52,589 nt of DNA from Histomonas meleagridis 2922-C6/04-290x (GCA_020184695.1 JAANOX010000107.1:1-52589); one strand, 5' to 3'; positions 22,138 to 33,982 are shown, numbered from the stretch's first letter. Numbers and translations are program-made. Notes: generated by a model not told the origin, from the sequence alone.

Positions 22138-23410
22138 TCGTGCGTGGAAAGTTCTTATAATTATTCTCCAATTTTAAATGTTTTTAATAATTAATTAAAT
22201 ATATGGATTCTTTACTCAATATACTCTCCATTTATATGGATACATTGTTTCAATCTTCTTATCCAAGAGTGATATATTGAATTTATTTCGTCTTGCGTGA
22301 ATTGATTCAAAATTTTTATTATCGCAATTTTAAGATCGTTAACTTCTGAACACTCGATCCCTACCATTCGTCCTTTAACTGTACCAAAGATCCCAAAGTC
22401 GCAAGGTGCAAGATCGGGCGAATAGGCTGGATGATCGAGTTTTAAGAAGTTTGTAGTTAATAAGAACTCTCTCACTTTTTTAGCAGTATGAGGTCGTGCA
22501 TTATCATAATGCACAATTCATTTTAGATTATTGGGAGGCTTTTCTTGCTCACATGTATTTCTAAATTGCTCAGTATATTGTTAATGAAGTAGTCAGCATT
22601 AATAGATTCCTTTTCATCCTTAAATATGATTAATTTGACTCCTTCTTCAGAGAGGAATAAAGCAATCATGATTTTTCTCTTAAAATGGCTTGGAGATTCT
22701 CTCTGTATTAATTCTTCAGGTTCAATAACCCATTGAGTTCTGGCGTCATAATAAAAATTAAACCAGGACTCGTCTCCTGTAAGAACATATTTAAAATTTG
22801 TTTCAATATGCTTTTCAAGTTCTTTTAGCATCGATTTTGCATATCTTACTCTGGCACTTTTTTGCTCTGATGTTAAAAAATGCGGCACCAGTTTTGATCT
22901 TAGGTTTCTATATCCCAAATTGTTTCTCAATCGATCCCTAACCAACCAATCTGATACATTTAGTTGTCGTGCTATTGAACGAGCAGAACATAAAGGATCT
23001 TCTTCTAATAATTTTTGAATAGAATTTACAATTTGATCATCGTTTGGTCTTCCTGACCTTTCTTCATCTTCGACACTTTCATGCCCTGTACGAAATCTTT
23101 GGATCCATTTGTATATTGTGGGAAGTTTGTATGCTTCTTCCCCATAATGTTTTTCTAATATCTCTTGGATCTCTTGTGCGTTCTTCCCTTCTTTTGTGAA
23201 GAACTTTATAATTACTCTTTGTTCCTCCATAAAAAAATGTTAAACCTCCATTTTTAACGTACATAATTAAAAATAACTTTTCATGTGTTTAAGATAATAA
23301 AACAAAATTCATAGAGAAAAAAAAATACTACATGTACTAATACTATATTAATATAAATTTTATTTATATCTTTATCACGTATTATTTTTATACGAACTTT
23401 CCACGCGCCC
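22138..23410 (-). mobile_element. Tc1/mariner-family DNA transposon (about 1.27 kb), defective
   Basis: Imperfect TIRs share GCGTGGAAAGTTC(T/G)TATAA (about 22138-22160 and 23388-23410). TA flanks the element at 22136-22137 and 23411-23412. It encloses a mariner transposase. Confidence 0.9.
22212..23230 (-). pseudogene. Mariner transposase (DD34D-type), one frameshift plus one in-frame TGA
   Basis: N-terminal HTH region, LVPHFLT, LTGDESW, HYDNARPH and HPAYSPDLAPCDF. It is broken at about 22510-22545 (frameshift near aagaaaagcc, TGA just before IVHYDN). Confidence 0.92.
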
Positions 23411-24204
23411 TATATAATTGAATTTCGGGCATTACAGCGGCTGGGATGCTAATGAGATACCATACTTTGAAAATGATTGAGATATCTTAAATTTTAATAA
23501 TGCGATATCTGATGATATTTATTTACATATTTGCTCATTTAATATATCATAACAACGGAATAAAACTCAATAAGGAAAATTGTGGCCGTAGTACAAAATC
23601 GTAAAAAGCTGATATTACGTGGAATATTACCCATAATATTACTTATACAAGTAATACTGTTTTATTTTACAATGAAATTCCAGTTATATAGAAATATAAG
23701 TGTCATTTATTATGTTTACACAGTCTACACTGATGTAAGATTTGTGTTTTTTAGAGACAGAGAGTTCGATATCTCTTATAAGATAATTTAATAATAAAAT
23801 TATACAAGCACATGGTTATGTGATCATATACCGTAAGTTGAAACGTTCAAATTTCTAATTAATTATTGAAATTGTTCAGCAAGAGTTTTATTTTATTTGT
23901 CCTTACTTTCAACAAATGCACAATGATTTTATACATACGAAAAGTGAATTCAATATCAAAATAATAATATTAATAATAATTGTTGGAATTGATATCAATT
24001 GAAAATGAATTTTTTATATTTATGAAGATGAATTTTTGGTAACTTTCTAACGTATTTAAATCACTCATTTTCATTGACAAGAAACTATTTTCAATTTCGA
24101 TTAAAACACTCAAAACCCAAATGTTACACAAGATAAAACAAAATACGAAAACAGTAACAATTTCATACACAAATAAAATCAAAAAATATTTTTACATTAT
24201 AACA

Positions 24205-27200
24205 TCATTCATAACCAGTCACTACATACGTATGATACATTTTCCCTTTAACTTCCACGTCTCCTCTTTCCTTAATTCTAAATATTGTACCGAACACCAA
24301 ATCATAACAATGTTGAGGAATATGCACATTCATTGGTACTCCGTGATGTTCCATCATTGCTGCCAAACAAATTGCAGAACCCAAAATATCGAACGTTGGC
24401 TTTTCGATACCTAAAACTCCAGCAACAATTGGACCACCAGTGTTTACACCGACTCTAATTCTTAATGATTCATTTAATTCGATATCCAACAATTGTATTG
24501 CTTTAATTATATCAATACCGAATGAAATTGTTTGTTTTGTATGTTCTGCAGGTTGATTAATTTCATCGAATATACCTCCAGCACACATATAACAATCGCC
24601 AATACATTTGATCTTCATCATTCGTTCATATTTCTTAAGGATTCGATCGAATTCTAAAAACAATCGATTTAAAGTTTTCATTACATAAGCTGCTGGATGT
24701 GAACCACACCAAGGAGTAAAACTAACTATATCTACAAACATTATCGAAGCAGATTTAACAGAGAATGAAATATTTTTCTCTCCATTTTGTAATTTGGTGA
24801 CTATTAAAGGTGGTAAAATCATTGACAAAAGTTTTTCACTTTTAATACTTTCTTCTAATAATAATTTATTTTGTGCAATTGTCATTGTCATATCTTTAAT
24901 TAATAATGCAAAGAAAGCAATCGAATCAATGTTTGTAGTTTTGTTTAATACGTAACCATTTGATGATACTGCTGTTAATGATAATTCTAATGTAACTTCT
25001 TTTTGTTTATTCATTACTTCAATTTGTATTACTAATGAAGGAGTTCTTTGACTTTTAGATATTCCAGAAATTGCTAAATAAAATGCAGATAATGAACTAT
25101 CTTTACCATAAGGATCCGTAAATATTTCATTAATATTTTTACCAATTAATGATTGAGGTTCTTTCCCTATAACATTTTCTATTGATCGATTACAACTTAT
25201 AATATCAAAAGTATTTGTTAAAAAGATTACTCCATCAAGTAAATTCGAGACAACTGTTTCATAAAAGTTTGAAGTTTCTTGTAAATTATTTACATCTTTG
25301 TTCTTTGTAAAGTTATTCATTATAATTCTCATTATAGGTTTAGATTGCAATACAACATTAGGATCACAAAATAATAATAATCGTAAGATCCAACAAGCGA
25401 CATTAGCAGTAGACATAAATCGAGGTATTAATATTGAACAACAAATTATTACTATTAATGTTAATACTATTATTGGAATTACCATATTAACTATAGTCCA
25501 AGAACCTGAATAAGAATCAGAAACTACTTGTAATACTTCAAATATTGGTATAATATATTCATCTTTAGAACATCCTAATAACCATACTATCATAAAGTTA
25601 AGTTTATCATCTGCAAATGATAATGAATTAATATTATATTCATTTAATGCAAATTCTTCTATAAATTGAAACCAAATATAAGAGATAACATTTTCATAAC
25701 TTGTACATTCAAAGACTTGATAATCTTGTGTAATTAAATACGTATCTCGTACACATGGATTTTCTGTTAATATACTAATCATATCATAACCACCAATTTG
25801 TAATCCTTGTGATTGAAAATCAGTTGAACCTAATCGTAAATAATTTACTATTTCTACAGCATTATCTAAAATTAATCGTAAATCTTCAGTAATATATTGA
25901 TAATTTTCTTTTGCATTTTTAGGTAATTTCCATTCGGATTCATCCCCATTAAATTCAGATTCTGATGATAAACGTAATGCATTAAATAACATTTGATTAA
26001 ATGTTAATCCTGTTCGAGGTATTTCTGCATAAAGTGGAATTATTTGTTTAAATCGTTCAATTGCAGATGAAGTTTGTAATAAGAATAATAATACTATACA
26101 TATTATACATAATGAAAATATTATAATTAATATTAATACTCTCCAAAACTTACCAGTAAAACCTGATTCATTATTAACAGATGTTGATAATATTCGATAA
26201 GCATTATCTTCTAAATCTGATTGTACTTTACTATTAGAACCATTAATATCATTATCATCTTCTTCCTTATTTTGTTTCTTTTTATTTAATTTATTTACTA
26301 TTGTAGAAATAACAGATTTAGGTAATGATTTAAATGATTCATATATCATATTCTTTTCAGAATTTAATGATATAATTAAATATATAATATAACTTATAAA
26401 TGCTACATATATTAATAAGATTAAACATAAAGTAAATATATATATTTGTTGTTTTGCAGATTCTAATTCATCAAATATCCCATTAATTGATTTAATTTCA
26501 AATGATTCACAATAACCAATTAAATTTTTTATGTTTTTTATCATTGTCCAAAACTCAAAATCATCTAAAATTGTTTCAGGTGTCTCTGTATTCACTGCAG
26601 TTATAGCTATATTCATTAAATATGTAATCATATATTGTAATGAATAATTTTCTATTGTATAATCTTCATGACTTGTATAAATATTCATTTCTAATATATT
26701 CGAATAAAGTAAATCAATTGCATCTTGGAAATGTTCATTTGTTGAAAAACTTTGAATTCTTGTATTAATATCACTTAACAAAGAAGAAATTTCTTTCACT
26801 TTTTGTAATGCTGCATTAGTATCTGTAGACCAATAATCTGGAATTTGTTTATTAGTACCATAAATTATATCCCATCTATCTTTAAGTGATATCATTGTTG
26901 TTTTATTTGTATTAAAATATATTGCATGATAAGTAAAGATTGGTAATTCTGATATGGTAAAAGTTAATTCTGAAATTTTATTAATTATAGTAATAACTTC
27001 AGTTATATTACCAATTTCTGAAAATATAAATACAAAAATTCCTATAATACAACCACATATAATGATAATAAATAACGCTATAATTAAAGGACCATATTTC
27101 ATTGATGGTATTTGTACACTATTTACCATCGATTCAATATAACGATATTGTAAAAATTCTTCACTTTCATTCATAAAACTTGAAGTAATTTCATTCGAAT

Positions 27201-29037
27201 TAGATGAATCAGATGAACCTAAAGCTGATGAACTTGTTGAAGATTTAACTGAACTTTCATGTGTTTTCTCTTCAAGTAATTTATGTTTTGATTCTTTCTT
27301 TTGTAATAAGTTCTTTAATGTAATATGTTGTTCTTCATTAGGTATATTTGGGAAATATTTCGATGCAAATACATATCTCTTTTCAATCATAATCCGTGAG
27401 CCTTGTCTAAGTCGTTGATATACATAACCCATTTCTGCTACACGTGTTTGATCTCGAACGAATTCTTTTAAATAAGCAAAATAACCTTGTGCGATATATG
27501 AATTATTCGGATATATTAAACGAAGTTGTTCATAATCTCGTTCGATATTTTCTTGTAATAATTTAAGTCGTGCACCTAATGTTTCTAATTCTTCTAAATT
27601 CCCTCGAATAATACATTCCCATATATAACGATTTTGACCTCGACATTTATCAACTTTTTTAGATAACTTTGATAATGATTTTTTAATTGAGACTGATAAT
27701 GCTACTTCACGTTGTTGAAGAATAGAATGTATTTGGAATAGACAATGTTTGATAACAATCGAATGTTTTTTATGTTTTGCTAATTCTTGACAAGCAATTT
27801 CTAATTCCCCAACTTCATCTGGATATATAACTGCATAACGCGCATAAAGAATTCGGATTTCTTTACTCTTCGGAAATAAATCTAATGCTTTATGGAATAA
27901 TACCCATCGATGTGCGATTGGATGTCCTTCTTCAAATGAAGTTTTACAGACTAATGCTGCTTTAACAAATGATAACGTTTCAAAATAATTTTCATTATGT
28001 TCAATTTCTTCCATTATTTTATGAATATCATTTAATACTCGTTTACAATAAAAATGTACAAATATATATATTAAAATATCACATCCAATAAATACAAAAA
28101 CCATAAATTCTCGACCTTCTATACCCGCTAAATAGAGAATGGATACAATTAAAGAATTAAGAAAAGCTGAAAAATACATAGTAACAAAGGAACGATGAAT
28201 AATTGCATTAGCTGATACATATGGAAGGAAAAAAAAGATAAGGCCGATAGGAAGTAAGAAAAGTGAACTGACCAAACATAGGATTTTGCCTGTGACGCCT
28301 GGAATAGTTGAACCTATGACTTGAAAGGCGCTTGCAAAAAAAGATAAAATGTAATGAATACATGTAGTAAATGTAAACGTTGAAAGAAATGGTTGTGGTC
28401 TAAATGATAAATTTGGTGATATTAAGTATAATTGTATGAGGAAAAAAATTATAAAATATAGAACAGAAAATACTAAAACAATACTAGCAAGTACTATTTC
28501 TGATCGAAAGATAATACATGTTATGGATTTCCCAAAATAAACTCCAAGTAAAATGGTAAAATACTTTAAAAGGCCATTAATAACAAAAGATGTAAACGAA
28601 GTGGTTGCGCTGGATGATTTAAGACCATGCTTAAAACGATAATACTCAACAATGAAAATAATAAGTATAATTAATATTAACACTTCGATAACAAGTTCAA
28701 CAATATTAAACGCAAAATCGCTGACTCCACCTGGCACAATTGATGAAATAATACCACCGATATTTATAACGAGATGAGATAAAAATGAATCTTTGGGCCA
28801 AAATGAAGTTAAATATGGCATAAGTGATATAGATATGATTTGCATTGATATTATTGCTTGTAAAACTTTCATTGGAAACGTGAAAATGGGTGACATTGTA
28901 TTAACATGATCAACAAATCGAAATAAATCATCGCGAAAATTCTTACGGAAAGGCCTCACGAGTAGTCCTTTGTATTTCCTTTGCCGAGAGATGAATGAAC
29001 TTGAATTTCCTTGGACATTAAAGGTATTTCCACTCAT
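24205..29037 (-). CDS. Multi-pass transmembrane adenylate cyclase with a PAS-like domain (class III cyclase)
   Basis: Many TM helices and a PAS-like segment (NLLDGVIFLTNTFDIISCNRSIENVIG). C-terminal cyclase motifs IMFVDIVSFT, KIKCIGDCYMCAGG and RVGVNTGGPIVAGVLG..KPTFDILG; the Lys/Asp pair indicates ATP specificity. First ATG at 29037. Confidence 0.92.
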   Translation of the reverse strand: MSGNTFNVQGNSSSFISRQRKYKGLLVRPFRKNFRDDLFRFVDHVNTMSPIFTFPMKVLQAIISMQIISISLMPYLTSFWPKDSFLSHLVINIGGIISSIVPGGVSDFAFNIVELVIEVLILIILIIFIVEYYRFKHGLKSSSATTSFTSFVINGLLKYFTILLGVYFGKSITCIIFRSEIVLASIVLVFSVLYFIIFFLIQLYLISPNLSFRPQPFLSTFTFTTCIHYILSFFASAFQVIGSTIPGVTGKILCLVSSLFLLPIGLIFFFLPYVSANAIIHRSFVTMYFSAFLNSLIVSILYLAGIEGREFMVFVFIGCDILIYIFVHFYCKRVLNDIHKIMEEIEHNENYFETLSFVKAALVCKTSFEEGHPIAHRWVLFHKALDLFPKSKEIRILYARYAVIYPDEVGELEIACQELAKHKKHSIVIKHCLFQIHSILQQREVALSVSIKKSLSKLSKKVDKCRGQNRYIWECIIRGNLEELETLGARLKLLQENIERDYEQLRLIYPNNSYIAQGYFAYLKEFVRDQTRVAEMGYVYQRLRQGSRIMIEKRYVFASKYFPNIPNEEQHITLKNLLQKKESKHKLLEEKTHESSVKSSTSSSALGSSDSSNSNEITSSFMNESEEFLQYRYIESMVNSVQIPSMKYGPLIIALFIIIICGCIIGIFVFIFSEIGNITEVITIINKISELTFTISELPIFTYHAIYFNTNKTTMISLKDRWDIIYGTNKQIPDYWSTDTNAALQKVKEISSLLSDINTRIQSFSTNEHFQDAIDLLYSNILEMNIYTSHEDYTIENYSLQYMITYLMNIAITAVNTETPETILDDFEFWTMIKNIKNLIGYCESFEIKSINGIFDELESAKQQIYIFTLCLILLIYVAFISYIIYLIISLNSEKNMIYESFKSLPKSVISTIVNKLNKKKQNKEEDDNDINGSNSKVQSDLEDNAYRILSTSVNNESGFTGKFWRVLILIIIFSLCIICIVLLFLLQTSSAIERFKQIIPLYAEIPRTGLTFNQMLFNALRLSSESEFNGDESEWKLPKNAKENYQYITEDLRLILDNAVEIVNYLRLGSTDFQSQGLQIGGYDMISILTENPCVRDTYLITQDYQVFECTSYENVISYIWFQFIEEFALNEYNINSLSFADDKLNFMIVWLLGCSKDEYIIPIFEVLQVVSDSYSGSWTIVNMVIPIIVLTLIVIICCSILIPRFMSTANVACWILRLLLFCDPNVVLQSKPIMRIIMNNFTKNKDVNNLQETSNFYETVVSNLLDGVIFLTNTFDIISCNRSIENVIGKEPQSLIGKNINEIFTDPYGKDSSLSAFYLAISGISKSQRTPSLVIQIEVMNKQKEVTLELSLTAVSSNGYVLNKTTNIDSIAFFALLIKDMTMTIAQNKLLLEESIKSEKLLSMILPPLIVTKLQNGEKNISFSVKSASIMFVDIVSFTPWCGSHPAAYVMKTLNRLFLEFDRILKKYERMMKIKCIGDCYMCAGGIFDEINQPAEHTKQTISFGIDIIKAIQLLDIELNESLRIRVGVNTGGPIVAGVLGIEKPTFDILGSAICLAAMMEHHGVPMNVHIPQHCYDLVFGTIFRIKERGDVEVKGKMYHTYVVTGYE

Positions 29038-29560
29038 GAGATAAAATACACGTTTTAATTTAGGCTCAAAATTCAATGAATTCACCGAATATAACTTCCA
29101 ATGTTGTAAACAAAAATTTGGATATGTATTCAATATTTTTTTGACAACACCGCAATAAACTCTCTGAAAAAGTTTCTGTTTCAAAATTTGAATGAAAACG
29201 TTCGGTAAAATTTCCAATCTAATTGCAATATCTCCTTTAATACATTAATGTTATTTAATGAAGAATTTTTAAGCATTTAATGTAAATATTTTTTCCTTTT
29301 TTGTATATTTTTCAAATCAATAGAAAATGATATATTCGTGTTTTTTAGAAAAATATAAACAATTGAAAAAGTATAAATTATGCTAAGAAAATTTGAATTA
29401 ATTCAGGACTTTCGAAACAAAACGATAATTTTTTCTGAGGAGAGTATTCTCTACAATTAGCGTCATATCAAAAATATCCATTTTTAAAACATGATTCTAA
29501 AACAAATATTCTCATTGTAACTAACATTTATTGCATTTCCCATAAGTTCAAGAATTTTTT

Positions 29561-30784
29561 TTAATTGCGCTTAAATTTCTTGAAAATATCCTCATCAAAC
29601 AAATTTGCCACAGCGATTACTAACGAAAAGTCTTCACTTCCGACAAGTTTCAACATTTTCTGGATTTCATTTGTGTGTTCTTTTGACAATGTATTATTTG
29701 TAATCATTTTTTCTTTGACATAAGCCACAAGAACAACAGCCATTCTTATCAAATTTCCCAAGAATTGTTCACAAACTAAGTTACGTGAAATTTTTGGTGT
29801 TTGAATAATCGTTGCAACAACAGCAACAACCCAAGGGGCTGGTATTGTTACTTCTTCAACTCTGTGAATAGCTTTGAATCTCGAAATTGTCTTTTTTACT
29901 TCAGGATCTTTGTTTTCTAAAATATTTGCAAGTATAAAATCGGCTTTTGATTTTACATCAAATGTCCCGCTCTCGGAATTGGTACAAAAAATTTGACGCT
30001 CTGGAAGACGTAGCCATGTAACAGGTCTGGGAAATTGCATCATATAATCAGCTGGATGACCATTTTGTCTTTTAACACATTGTAAGTATAGACCTGTTGT
30101 AACGTTTGGAGAATAATCAAGTGACGAAAGTTCAAGTTGGTATGGAAGAATAAAATGTGATAAAAATTGCGCATAACGGATCGACTCTTGTTTTGTCGTT
30201 GATTCTATAACAGTTGTCATCTGTGTCTTGAAGTGAGATGTAAGAAGTACTGATAAAAGTTGTTGATCAAATGCAAATGATTCAAAATCTGGAATTTTAG
30301 GAATTAACGAAGAAACAATACGTGTAAATTCGTTACTGATTTTGAGAATGAGGGGCTTGAGTGTTGAGAAAGATTCATTTTTTTGTATGATAGTTTTGGT
30401 GGCATATGTAAATATTTTTATCCAGAATTTGAAAAAATTGAGAAGTTGCAAGTTTACTTTCATTTTATCAGAGTTAAAAATAAACCCAATGTTATAGTAG
30501 ATATTATGAGGTGTTTTTTGGTAGATAAATGTTGAATTCAAATTTAGCCATTTTGCGCTTTGTATTTCAGCACATGAAACAGCACAATCTGTAAATGAAC
30601 TTTCGTTTTGACGATGGACATTACTAAATGTTATTTTAAAACAATCTTCAATTTTTCTTGAAATATCATTTTTTGTGAAAAGCCAACAGTAACATATTTT
30701 AATTCCACTTGTCATATCAAATGATGCAATACCAATTGAAACGAATGGATTTGCGTTGGATTCTGTTGCTATGATTTCTGACAT
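29561..30784 (-). CDS. C9orf72-like longin/DENN protein
   Basis: IGIASFDMTSGIKICYCW resembles C9orf72 ATFAYWDNILGPRVRHIW. LLTSHFKT..FLSHFILP..TGLYLQCV resembles ALTSHLQT..TLCLFLTP..SGLFVQGL. Likely start at 30784 (or 30808). Confidence 0.65.
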   Translation of the reverse strand: MSEIIATESNANPFVSIGIASFDMTSGIKICYCWLFTKNDISRKIEDCFKITFSNVHRQNESSFTDCAVSCAEIQSAKWLNLNSTFIYQKTPHNIYYNIGFIFNSDKMKVNLQLLNFFKFWIKIFTYATKTIIQKNESFSTLKPLILKISNEFTRIVSSLIPKIPDFESFAFDQQLLSVLLTSHFKTQMTTVIESTTKQESIRYAQFLSHFILPYQLELSSLDYSPNVTTGLYLQCVKRQNGHPADYMMQFPRPVTWLRLPERQIFCTNSESGTFDVKSKADFILANILENKDPEVKKTISRFKAIHRVEEVTIPAPWVVAVVATIIQTPKISRNLVCEQFLGNLIRMAVVLVAYVKEKMITNNTLSKEHTNEIQKMLKLVGSEDFSLVIAVANLFDEDIFKKFKRN

Positions 30785-30822
30785 TCTGAGATTAACGTTC
30801 TCCATCATCTGTACGTTAACAT
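30785..30822. promoter_or_regulatory. 38-bp putative bidirectional promoter with inverted ACGTTAA motifs
   Basis: TTAACGT at 30792-30798 and ACGTTAA at 30813-30819, between divergent ATGs at 30784 (-) and 30823 (+). Confidence 0.5.
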
Positions 30823-33387
30823 ATGAATGAAAGAGACCAAATACTTGTTCTAAAGAAACAAAATTCATCTCTCGAATTAAGAATCCAAGAACTTCAAAGT
30901 CAGAATGAAAATTTGAAATCACAATTTTTACAAGCTCTTGAAGTCTCAACAAATATTGAAAATGTTTACAATGAAAATAATTTGATGCTTCAAAAAAATA
31001 AACTTCTTCAATCTGAAAAAGACGAACTCGAAAAGCGCCTTAAAATAAGTCTTCAAACAATTGATGAATTAAATAATAAAAATTCACCAAATAATAAAAA
31101 AGAAAATTCAACTTTAATACAGAAACTACAATCACAAATAACTAAAACTCAAAATTCTTACAAAAATCTTTTATTAGAAAAAACACAAATGGAAACAGAT
31201 TTAGAACAAGTTTTTAAAATTTCATCTCAATACCTCAACCAGGAAATCCATAATATTTCTCAATTTGTTAATGCTTTTTCGGATTTCAAATATGAAATTA
31301 ATGAACAAAAAAATCAAAAATATATATCAAAACTAACCAAACAAATTCGTAAACTCAAATCATCTTTATCAAAAGAAAAAGATCTTAATTCTGATTATTA
31401 CCAACAAATTAGCGAAGGCAAACAAAAAATTACTGAATTACAAAATCAAAACAACACATTAAACAGACAACTTTTAAATCATAAACATGAAAAGAATGTA
31501 TTTGCTGAGAAATGCGAACGAGTTGAAAATGAAAATATTCAGCTTAAAACAAATTTAAAGCTGAAACAAATACAAACAAATGAATCAAAAGCAGAAGAAA
31601 CAATTAAACTCACAGCCCAAATCAATAAAATTTCCTCACTACTTAAAGAAGCACAAGAAAAAAATTCAAAATACAAAAATACAATTACAAAACTCCTAGC
31701 AAAGTTTAAAATAATCCAAACAAATTTAAATAATCAAATTCAAACTAATGAAAGTTTAAAAAGCGAAATGAATAATGAAATAGATCAAAAAGAATCAATA
31801 ATAACTGAATTAAATCAAAAATGTAATGAACTTGAAACAAAAATACAAGAAATAATGATTCAACAAAACTTGTTTAACTCAGTAAAAGATGAAAATTTAT
31901 TGATTAAACAAGAAAATGAAGAACTAAATGAAGATATACAAAAATTAACAAATTATATAAATAAACAAAAAATTGATGTTCAACAAAAAAACGAAAGAAT
32001 TAAGTTATTAGAAACTGAACTTAAAGATGTAAAAAATAAATTTGAAATTGCTTCAAAGCCAATTGATTTATCAAAATTTATTCCTACTTCATCATGGTTA
32101 ATATCAGAATTACCATTGGAATTATCTAAAATAATTGAAAATATTGTTACAAATAAAACTATTCAACTTCCATCAAAAATTCAAAATGTAATAACATCAA
32201 TATATAAATGGTTTAAAGCTAAATTAGATCAATATGAGAAAGAAGTTAATGCGAAAAATGAACAAATACTAATTTTAAATACTAAAATTAAATCATTGAT
32301 TAATTTACTTAAGCAATCTTTCCCAGAAGTAAAAATAGATTTTGATTCAATCCTTGAAGAAGAAAATATTCGAATCAAATTTTATGAATATATAAAAAAA
32401 TTATTCAATGAAATAAAAAATAATGTTGATGTCAAAAACGATATTGATGAAAAAATATTGGATCTCATTTCAATATTAAAAGTTAATTCTTTTCCAGAAG
32501 TAAAAAATGCAATTGTGGATATGAATCATACGATACAAGTTTTAACAAAAAAATACCAAAAAATGCAAATTCAAAATCGAAATCTTATTAATAATTCTAA
32601 AGAAAATGAAGAAAAATATGGTGAATTACAAAGAAAAAACAATGATCTATCACAAGATAATAAAAAATTAATTGTTTTCGTTAAGAATAATATGAACCAA
32701 ATAAATGAACTTCAAAAACAACTTAAACAATTAAAAATTGATTTGGAAAAACACATGAAAGATATTTCTGATGAAAAACAAAATAATCAAAATTTAAAGC
32801 AAAAATTGGAAATATTATATGAACAAAATGATTCACTTCAAATGCAATTAAAACAAAGCCAAAAAGAAATTGATGAAATAAGAAAACATTATAAAGCTAA
32901 AATTAATAATGAACGAAATGAAAACAAAACTCATTATAATAAAATATTAAATGAAATGAAAACTAAAAATTCAGAATATTGTGAAGCAATGCAGCAAAGA
33001 AATCAAATCATTTCATCACAAAAAGAAGAAATAGAGAAACTTGAATCAACTATTATTGAGTTAAACCTTAGATGTCAAAAACTTAAGACACAAATTAATG
33101 TAATTATCGCTGAAGAAAATCAAAATAAAAAGTCATTTGAAACACAAATGAATGCAAAAATTTTATCATTGGAAACAACATATAAATCAAAATTACAGGA
33201 ATCACAAAATGAAATACAAACAATTAAACAACAATTTATAGTTCTTCTAAATCAAACATTTTCTTCGCTTATATCAAAACAATTTGATGAAAATAACTGT
33301 TTTCAATTATTGAATCAAATAAGTAATGAATTTCAAAAAATGAAATTTCAGGTTCAGATGCTGAATCGAAACGAACATATTTATTAA
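30823..33387 (+). CDS. Long coiled-coil protein (854 aa)
   Basis: Uninterrupted ORF rich in K/Q/N/E/L heptads, with a central globular-looking segment (PTSSWLISELPLELSKIIENIV). Confidence 0.75.
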   Translation: MNERDQILVLKKQNSSLELRIQELQSQNENLKSQFLQALEVSTNIENVYNENNLMLQKNKLLQSEKDELEKRLKISLQTIDELNNKNSPNNKKENSTLIQKLQSQITKTQNSYKNLLLEKTQMETDLEQVFKISSQYLNQEIHNISQFVNAFSDFKYEINEQKNQKYISKLTKQIRKLKSSLSKEKDLNSDYYQQISEGKQKITELQNQNNTLNRQLLNHKHEKNVFAEKCERVENENIQLKTNLKLKQIQTNESKAEETIKLTAQINKISSLLKEAQEKNSKYKNTITKLLAKFKIIQTNLNNQIQTNESLKSEMNNEIDQKESIITELNQKCNELETKIQEIMIQQNLFNSVKDENLLIKQENEELNEDIQKLTNYINKQKIDVQQKNERIKLLETELKDVKNKFEIASKPIDLSKFIPTSSWLISELPLELSKIIENIVTNKTIQLPSKIQNVITSIYKWFKAKLDQYEKEVNAKNEQILILNTKIKSLINLLKQSFPEVKIDFDSILEEENIRIKFYEYIKKLFNEIKNNVDVKNDIDEKILDLISILKVNSFPEVKNAIVDMNHTIQVLTKKYQKMQIQNRNLINNSKENEEKYGELQRKNNDLSQDNKKLIVFVKNNMNQINELQKQLKQLKIDLEKHMKDISDEKQNNQNLKQKLEILYEQNDSLQMQLKQSQKEIDEIRKHYKAKINNERNENKTHYNKILNEMKTKNSEYCEAMQQRNQIISSQKEEIEKLESTIIELNLRCQKLKTQINVIIAEENQNKKSFETQMNAKILSLETTYKSKLQESQNEIQTIKQQFIVLLNQTFSSLISKQFDENNCFQLLNQISNEFQKMKFQVQMLNRNEHIY

Positions 33388-33950
33388 AATATAATATGTT
33401 TAAACGTAAAACTGAATTCTCTTTTTCTATGAACGCAGCATCTTCCCCTGAAATTAATGCGTCTTTATTAAATATATAGAATAAAATGTTTTTTTGATTG
33501 ACTAATTTTCTTATTATTGGTATAAATTTATTTTTTTACTCACTTGCTTTGAATGAAAAAGAAAAAAAATTATTAATTATAATTATAAATATTATTTGTA
33601 TTAATTTTATCTTTAATTATAGTTATAATTTTAATAATTATATCATTTGCGTTAATTCTATTGTTCTATTTATTTAGATTCATTGATTTAATTTTAAATT
33701 GAGATTCATTTGATAGAAATACAATATCATTGAATTGGGTTTCACCATTAATATCAATAATCACATTTCCATTGGCTTTTAATGGTTTTTCTAAAATAAA
33801 CTTGAATCGTGAAAGTAAAATTATTCACTTAAAGACGTTAACATCGGGTGAGTTAATAATTAAAAAAACAGATAATTTGGCATGATAACAATTGTTTCAA
33901 CTAGAATAAAAAATGCACCAAATGATATACAAAAGCAAATAACAACTGCA

Positions 33951-33954
<4 letters not shown>

Positions 33955-33982
<28 letters not shown>
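33955..33982. repeat. (TA)14 microsatellite
   Basis: Direct reading of the sequence. Confidence 0.9.

Noticed and set aside
30823-30952. 130-bp head-to-head overlap of two ORFs in the ORF track
   Set aside because: It arises from a non-ATG start call. With the ATG at 30784 or 30808 the genes do not overlap.
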